From Cyanophora paradoxa CCMP329 (Eukaryota > Plantae > Glaucophyta), in the NCBI GenBank assembly GCA_004431415.1, contig QPMI01000176.1, forward strand, positions 62,001 through 126,000: 64,000 nt of DNA, in the 5' to 3' direction. Position 1 is the first letter of the stretch. Every line of letters begins with the position of its first letter. A program made the translations under genes and the position numbers. Positions 57,551-64,000 of the stretch are shown here, in pieces. Under the pieces are notes generated by a model that saw only the letters and a list, made by a program, of their open reading frames with translations, had not been told where the DNA came from and made no database searches.

Positions 57551-58599
57551 GGCCCCGCGCCCGCCGCCCTCGTCTTCACCCCCTGCAAGCAGTTCATTGA
57601 GGGTCCTTTCTGCAGGTAGAGCTCTTGTAGCCAGCGACGACTCCCTTTCCGGGGTTTCTCGATGGGCAATGTCGCCCATTTTTATCGAAATTTGATTGAA
57701 TGTACTGCGGTGCGCGGGTCTATATGATGTCGTTGTGTGTGCAGTTGTTTTTGTATCCTTTCCAAGTTGCAGTCCAGGTCTAGATTTGTATCATAGCACT
57801 ACATATCCTGATCTTAATTACAGTAATTACTGGTATGGACTCTAGAGATCTAGATCTAATTGCCAGTTGGAGCCGGATGCTCCGAGCTCCTAGGCCTGGA
57901 GCCGGATGTTCCGTACCCTGGAGCCGGAAAAGGGGGGTACGGATAGGCGAGGTCTCACTGCAGGGGTATGCAGCTTCGTGGGTCAACGGTTTAAGGGTAC
58001 GTGCACGTGCACTGCAGGGGTATGCAGCCCAGGCGTTCATAGGCGAGTAGTACCAGTAGGCGTTCCACGGTTCACTCTCAGCAGCCGGCCGCACGCTCGA
58101 AGCCCTCTAGATCTGCTCACCGTGGCACGTGAGTACGATAGGAATTCGAAGCGCCTTCATATCGATGAACATGACAACGCGTTCCCGCGCCAATGGCAGA
58201 TAGCGCAGACGAACTGACGCACTGCGGCAGGCGCAGGCGTCCGACGCGGATCAGTGATTCAGAAGAGATCTGCAGGCCTAGGTACGCACGCTGCGTCGCT
58301 CGCACGTCACAGCTTGCCCGGCGCGGCGCGGCGCGGCGTGGCGCGAACTGTGCATGCGCAACTGACACTCATTTCGGCACAGCTGCGCGGCGCCCGCGCG
58401 CTCAAGAGCGTTGAGCAAGCTCAATCGCTATCGTAAGCTTGCAATTGTCGCGCCGGCTCCGGCAGACTTCGCAAGGTACGCCTGCATGGCCTGCCACGTC
58501 GGGAAGCAAACTACCGATCTTACCCGCTCGCAGCGGAAGGAACCGGTGCTGAATGCCGTGAGATCGTACTCTACGTGCGTCGGACGTTGCAGCCGGCTG

Positions 58600-61266
58600 A
58601 TGGGCCCCAAGAACGCCGCCAAGCGCGCGCGCCTCGCCGGGGTGGAGGCTAAGCAGGATGCCGATCCAGCTGCGGTTGCTGTGAGGTCTTGTTCTCGCTT
58701 CGGGCCCTTTCGAATCTTACTCGAGCCTAGGCGTCCTCGGAAGCGGGTGACGACGGCGAAGTCGTCTTGATAACCACTCCTGCGCCCTCAAGCTCCAAGC
58801 GCTCCCACAGCCTTGAGGTGCTTCTTTCGAGGTTACTTGGGTTTCTTTAATTTGGGACTACGTGGAGCTACAGCTAATACTGCCCCGGCGGGTGGCCGAA
58901 GGTCAATGGCCAGCATTTCACAAACCAAAAAATGATCTATTCGTGCAGGTCTTTAGTGACGCAATAGAAAAGCTTCGGAGGCAGGCAGAGTGCCCTATCT
59001 GTTTCGAACTATTCGAAGACCCGCGGATTTTGCCTTGCGGGCATACTCTGTGCGACCCCCCCCCCCCCCCCCCGGCTCCCCCCTGGCTCCCTCCCTCCCC
59101 CGCCCCCCCTCCCCCCCCTCCCCCCTCCCCCCCCCGCTCCCCGCTCCCCCTCCACCCCCGCTCAGCGGCTCCACCCTTCCGACGTGCACCTCTCCCCTAC
59201 CCCCTCCACTCCCCCCCCCCCTCATCCCCCTTCCCCAAATTCCATGCCCTCACTTTCCCCCTATAATCCCTCCCGCCCGCCGCACGAACCCCTGCCACTT
59301 CCTGAATCAGCCTCCGAATACGCCCCTTTACCACACCCCGGCCCTCTAGATCGAAGCGCCCCGCTCATGATCAGCCTCACTGCTCTAACGAGCCGAGGCC
59401 CCTTCTTCAGATGCATCAAGTGCTCGAAACTGCCCGCAAGTGAGCAGCGGTTTACAGTTCTCTCGATGATCTCTGCCTTCCGGCTTGCTTATCAGCCCCG
59501 CCTCCCTGCGCTCGCAGTCGTCAAGGACGGGAAGCTCGTGTGTCCGATCTGCCGGGAGGAGTCGGCGGTGCCGGAGAGCCAGGAGTTCCCCCGCAACCTG
59601 GCCACCGCCCAGCTCGTCGCCGTCCTCGGCGAGCAGCTGCGGGAGCTCCCCCGCGCCAGCTGCGGCAACTGCGAAGGGGGCGAGGCAGCCCCGGCAGCTA
59701 TGACCTGCCCCGACTGCAACGCGCACCTGTGCGAACCCTGCTCGCAAACCATATGCATCCACAAGGTCCGATGCCAGCTGCAGCTTTCGAATTCGTTCTA
59801 AAATCTCGATCTAGACTGCCAGCTGCAGCCTTGATTTTAATTTGATACGGACTCGCTCAGTTGAAAGCTTTTCGGCATCACGACGTTCACCCTTACAAGC
59901 CCGCTGTCTCCCCTTCTTCCCTGCGTCCCATTGTCTGCCCTGCACACCTTGACGCGGCCGTGCCACTTCAGTACTGCAAACAAATTGAGTCCCCTGTCTG
60001 CCTTCAGTGGTAAGTTGTCTTTAGAGTCGCCTGTCCCAATTGCATGGTTATATTTAATTATTTACACCTGTGCTCGCAGCGCACCTGGCAAGCATGCAGG
60101 CCACGTGCATATCTCCATAGTTGAAGCGGCGGACAGTGCGCGGGCGTCTCTCGGCGAAATTTTGGCGGATCAAGACAAAGCCCTTGCAGTAATCGACGGG
60201 CGAGTCAAGCAGCTCGAGGTCAATTTGCAGTTTCTTAAGCAGAGCATCGTCGATTCAAGAATTAAATCCGAAGAAAGGGCCAAACAGGTGATCCAATTCA
60301 TAAATGCACATCGACCTTTCTCGCAATTGTTACAAACATAAAAGCGCAGCTGCACGAAGCAGTCGACAAGTCTCTTCAACAATGGACATAGGCCATCGAC
60401 ACGCAAAGCCGTGCCGCAGAGACGGAGATCGCACAGCAACTTGAGCTTTTCAAGTCATCCAAAGTCAAGCTCCAGAGCTCCAATGCGTTTATCAAGGACC
60501 TTATCAGGGCCCCGCCTCTCAAGCTCATCCGGCTCCTTCGAATTCCCAGCGCTTTCACAAAACGGGATGAGGTTGAGCAGATTCGGCTCCAGATCAAGCA
60601 AAAGACGGCCTGTTCTCAAGTCGTCTTCCTTCCTGCGAAAGTCGGACTACGAGTCGAGAGGAAGGGTCCGGTGTTAACGTCAACTGTACAGGGAGTACAG
60701 GCCGTCGAGGTTGCCGTTGAGTGGAAGGCGGATCTTGCGGAGGGTGAACGGTATTATTCAGAAGAGTTCGAGTGCAACGGCTGGGTGTGGGATCTGGAAA
60801 TCTTTCCAAAGGGCAGCCAGACAGGAAAGGGCACCCACCTGTCGATCTACGTGAGATCAATTGCCGCCCTTCCACGGGTGCTCGATCGCGAGCTCCTTCA
60901 TTCTTCAAATCGATATTCTTTTTCAATTCTGCTGCGCATGCAGAGCTCTGACGGTCACTTCGGCATTCGTGGGACGTGTACAATTGGAGTTCCTTCTGCG
61001 TCAACACGCATGAGCGGTGTTTGCACTTGGACTCCCAAATCCGTTTGTTTGGGATACTATGATACGATCAATTTCTTCCGCTCTCCGAAACCACGAAGTG
61101 CCCTGACGAGGTGAGTCTCGGAGAGTTGTAGTAGTTACAGATATCGATATTTAATGTGTATGCTTTTGACAATCGCAACCGTTTGAATGTACATGTGTAT
61201 TCGCAGGATGGATATATGGTTGTTCGTGTGGAGATGAAAGATCTACACATAGTACCGGTACCGTAG
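58600..61266 (+). pseudogene. TRIM37-like RING-B-box-B-box-coiled-coil-MATH gene with apparent disabling lesions
   Basis: CPICFELFEDPRILPCGHTL|CIKC..CPICR (RING); CGNC..CPDCNAHLCEPC and CPAH..YCKQ..VCLQC..HAGH (B-boxes); SEEFECNGWVWDLEIFPKG..HLSIYV (MATH). Lesions: in-frame TAG 60389-60391, defective acceptor ~60325 and an apparent 8-nt insertion ~61058. Confidence 0.72.
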
Positions 61267-61949
61267 TAGTAGTACCTGTAGATGTGCAGGCCTAGGCCTT
61301 CAACGAATTCGAACTCGAACCGGCTTAAATTAATTATATAAAGCTTGTAATGCGTACGCGTGTGCATGTGCATGTGCAGGAGCTTGAATCGGCTTAACTG
61401 ATATTGCAATTATAATATAATGCATGCATGTGCACGCCCCGCTCGAGCGCGCGCGCGCGCGGCCGCGCCGGCCGTGTGCGGGGACGGCCCGCGGCCGTAG
61501 ATCTAGATCTAGAGGTCCGATCCGGCGGCGGATCATCATCGGATCCGAATTCCACGTACGTATACGTATACGCGTGCACGATCGCGAAGTGCGGTTTACT
61601 TATAATTAAATTAAATGCGTATGCATGCGCATGCACGTCGCTGCGCCCGGTGGCCGCGGCGCCGGCCGGCGCCGCATATGCATGCACCGCCGGCGCCCGA
61701 GCGCTAGCGCTAGCCGCGCGCCGACTTGAGCTATATATAGCTAGCGCTTGCCAAGTTGGTGCGGCGTCGTCGATCATGTATAAGCTAGCGATCGCGATCT
61801 AGAGCTGGCGCCGGCGTGGCGCATCCGGATCCGTGGCCAGCGCGCGCTAGCGGCCGCCGGGTGCGGCTCAGGGCACCGACAACCCCCCCCCCCCCGGGCC
61901 TCGACGCAGGGTACACTGCTCGGGCCAGGACAGTCCAGCGCGGAGCACA

Positions 61950-63170
61950 ATGGCGTCGGCAGGCCGCAAGAAGGTTCTCCTGAAAGGTCCGCACGCACAG
62001 AATGCCTCATTTCCGGCCCGTCCGCGCTCGCTGATCGGATTCGGCCGCTGTCCGCCCCTTTGACCTTCCGCGGCGCCCGCAGTGATCATACTTGGAGATT
62101 CCGGGTGCGCGTCGCACGCCCACTGCGCGAGCTAGCGAATGCATACGGGGTGTGATGGGCACAGTTGCGTACGCTGATCTCTGAAGTGGTCTTCCCCCGC
62201 AGCGTGGGCAAGACGTCGCTGATGAACCAGTGTGCCGTATCTGAGCCGTCCCGCGTCCGCTGCTCGCGAGACTCTGAGGCAGCGCCTCGCCAGGTATGTG
62301 AACAAAAAGTTCACGAACCAGTACAAAGCGACTATCGGCGCGGACTTCCTGACGAAGGAGGTCATGGTCGATGATCGGCTCGTGACCATGCAGGCGCGAT
62401 GGCGATCCGCGCGCTTCGGCCCTCAGACGTATGACCGCCTCTTGCAGATTTGGGATACGGCGGGCCAGGAGCGCTTCCAGAGCCTCGGCGTCGCATTCTA
62501 TCGCGGCGCTGACTCCTGCGTGCTTGTCTTCGACGTGAACAACGCGAAGACGTTCGAGAACCTTGACAGCTGGAGGGACGAGTTTTTGATCCAGGTCGGC
62601 CGCGCCCACGCACGTGGACTAGCTTATAGCTAAGGTGTTCTTCCTTGATTCTTCCTTTTGCGCTCACGTTGCACGCGCCGGCCCGCTTTGCAGGCTGGTC
62701 CGAGGGATCCGGAGAGCTTCCCGTTCGTGGTCATTGGCAACAAGATCGATCTGGAGGGCCAGCGCGTGGTACGCGCACCCCTTTCTTTCAAGCGCCGCTT
62801 GCCATGCGCGCGGTCCCGACCGTCTCTCCACCCCCAGGTTTCGGCCAAGCGTGCGATCGCCTGGTGCCAATCCAAGGGCAACATTCCGTACTTCGAGACG
62901 AGCGCGAAGGAGGCCATCAATGTCGAGCAGGCGTTCCAGGTCCGGCCGCGATCCGATGCTCCCGTCCCGCCTTCTCCCTCGACCGCCCCGCAGGTCATCG
63001 CCAAGAACGCGCTGAAGCAGGAGCAGTCGCAGGAGGACATGTGCGCCCTTCTCCGGAAGCTCCGCCCTCGTCGCTCTCCCGCCTGACGCTGGATTCCGCG
63101 CAGCTTCCTCCCCGACACCATCGACATCTCCGCGGAGCAGAAGCCCACCGCTAGCAGCTGCAACTGCTGA
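61950..63170 (+). CDS. RAB7: Rab7 small GTPase, nine exons
   Basis: RKKVLLK|VIILGDSG|VGKTSLMNQ|[22 protein letters not shown]..|[54 protein letters not shown]. Confidence 0.98.
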
Positions 63171-64000
63171 GAGCCCTCGCCTTCCCTTCTTCTTCCCTCC
63201 TTATCCCTCCTTTGCCCTCCCGTAACTCTTCCTGCTCGTCTCGATCCGTTATGCCAGCTCCCAAATCCCCCAATTTCGGTTGGCAATCTCTAGGTAGGAA
63301 TGCGTCTTGCAAGTAATACTCTTTTAATTGGTTCACACAATTGCAAGGGGCGCTGGGGTCGATCCGCCCTCAACCTCGGGCTCTGGGTCGGCGAGGAAGC
63401 CCAGCCCTGCCGAGAAGAGAAAGAGGCGCGCGCGTTAGGTTCGGCGCTGGCGAGAGCGAGCCGGCGCGCACCGTCGTTCTCGGGGCCGCCGGCCGCCAGT
63501 CCCGCGGCTGCGAGGGAAGCACAGTCAGTCTCTGGCAGGCGGGGAGAAGTGGGGGGCACGCACGGGGCACGAAGGAGGGCCGACCGCCACCTGCGCAGGG
63601 AATCAGCTCTAGCTATAGAGTGCGCTATAGGGCGCCCGTGAGATTCGGGACTGCCGGAGCTACGAGGGTCTCTGGACTGCAGAGGCTACGGAATTACATG
63701 AGCATGGCGGCGCTCCGGTCACCGGGTGACAGCGGCGAGCCAGCCGATGCGCTAGAGAAATCCGAAGGATCGGCGGAGGGAGGGCAGTAGTGCGAGGGCA
63801 GAACGGGTAGCTTTAGATGCGCTAGAGGTGTCCCCGGACGGCGCTAGGCAACTATGCGCCGAAACGCGGGCCGAACCGAGGAAGGAGGCGAGAGCCACGT
63901 AGGCGCTGTAGAGGGCGGCTTGGGGGATGAGACCGCACGACCCCACCCTGCCGGGGACCGGGAAGCCTTCCGCCCCAGTCAAGCCCGCAGAGTGGGGGGC

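Noticed and set aside
36947-57695. Many 300-650-aa Arg/Gly/Pro/Ala-rich ORFs on both strands
   Set aside because: Stop-codon scarcity in very GC-rich DNA; the real genes are spliced and lie across several frames.

Overview
The window is GC-rich, intron-dense genomic DNA of a eukaryotic microbe. It has short GTGCGC...CGCAG introns, cilium-type genes and an RWP-RK factor; the species cannot be identified from this sequence. The main feature is a complete 24,185-bp integrated DNA virus of the Polinton/Polinton-like (PLV) type at 6064-30248, bounded by 548-bp terminal inverted repeats (TIRs) and a perfect 6-bp target-site duplication (TSD), AAGGCA. It encodes a protein-primed PolB, rve integrase, A32-like packaging ATPase, a probable double-jelly-roll major capsid protein (MCP), two penton-like proteins, a patatin lipase, an HNH-AP2 nuclease and a 1787-aa phage-like tail fibre with a peptidase-S74 chaperone. 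Four things stand out. (1) The ends are bipartite: a near-perfect outer TIR and a diverged ~1-kb inner inverted repeat sandwich a different outward-facing cargo at each end, and the right cargo is a three-exon gene with host-type spliceosomal introns. (2) The core genes are intronless, with TA(n)ATG/TATATAA starts and 24-27-bp divergent spacers. (3) MCP and pPolB need three -1 frame changes, each in a window containing AGGGC. (4) The virus is inserted into a stack of SINE-like retro-copies. Host genes are a papain-family protease, NSE3/MAGE, SmD1, RWP-RK, a MORN-repeat protein, CCDC177-like, SHIPPO-like, a damaged RING-B-box-coiled-coil-MATH gene and Rab7, plus several MITEs and a SINE. All protein assignments are by motif recognition only; no searches were run.
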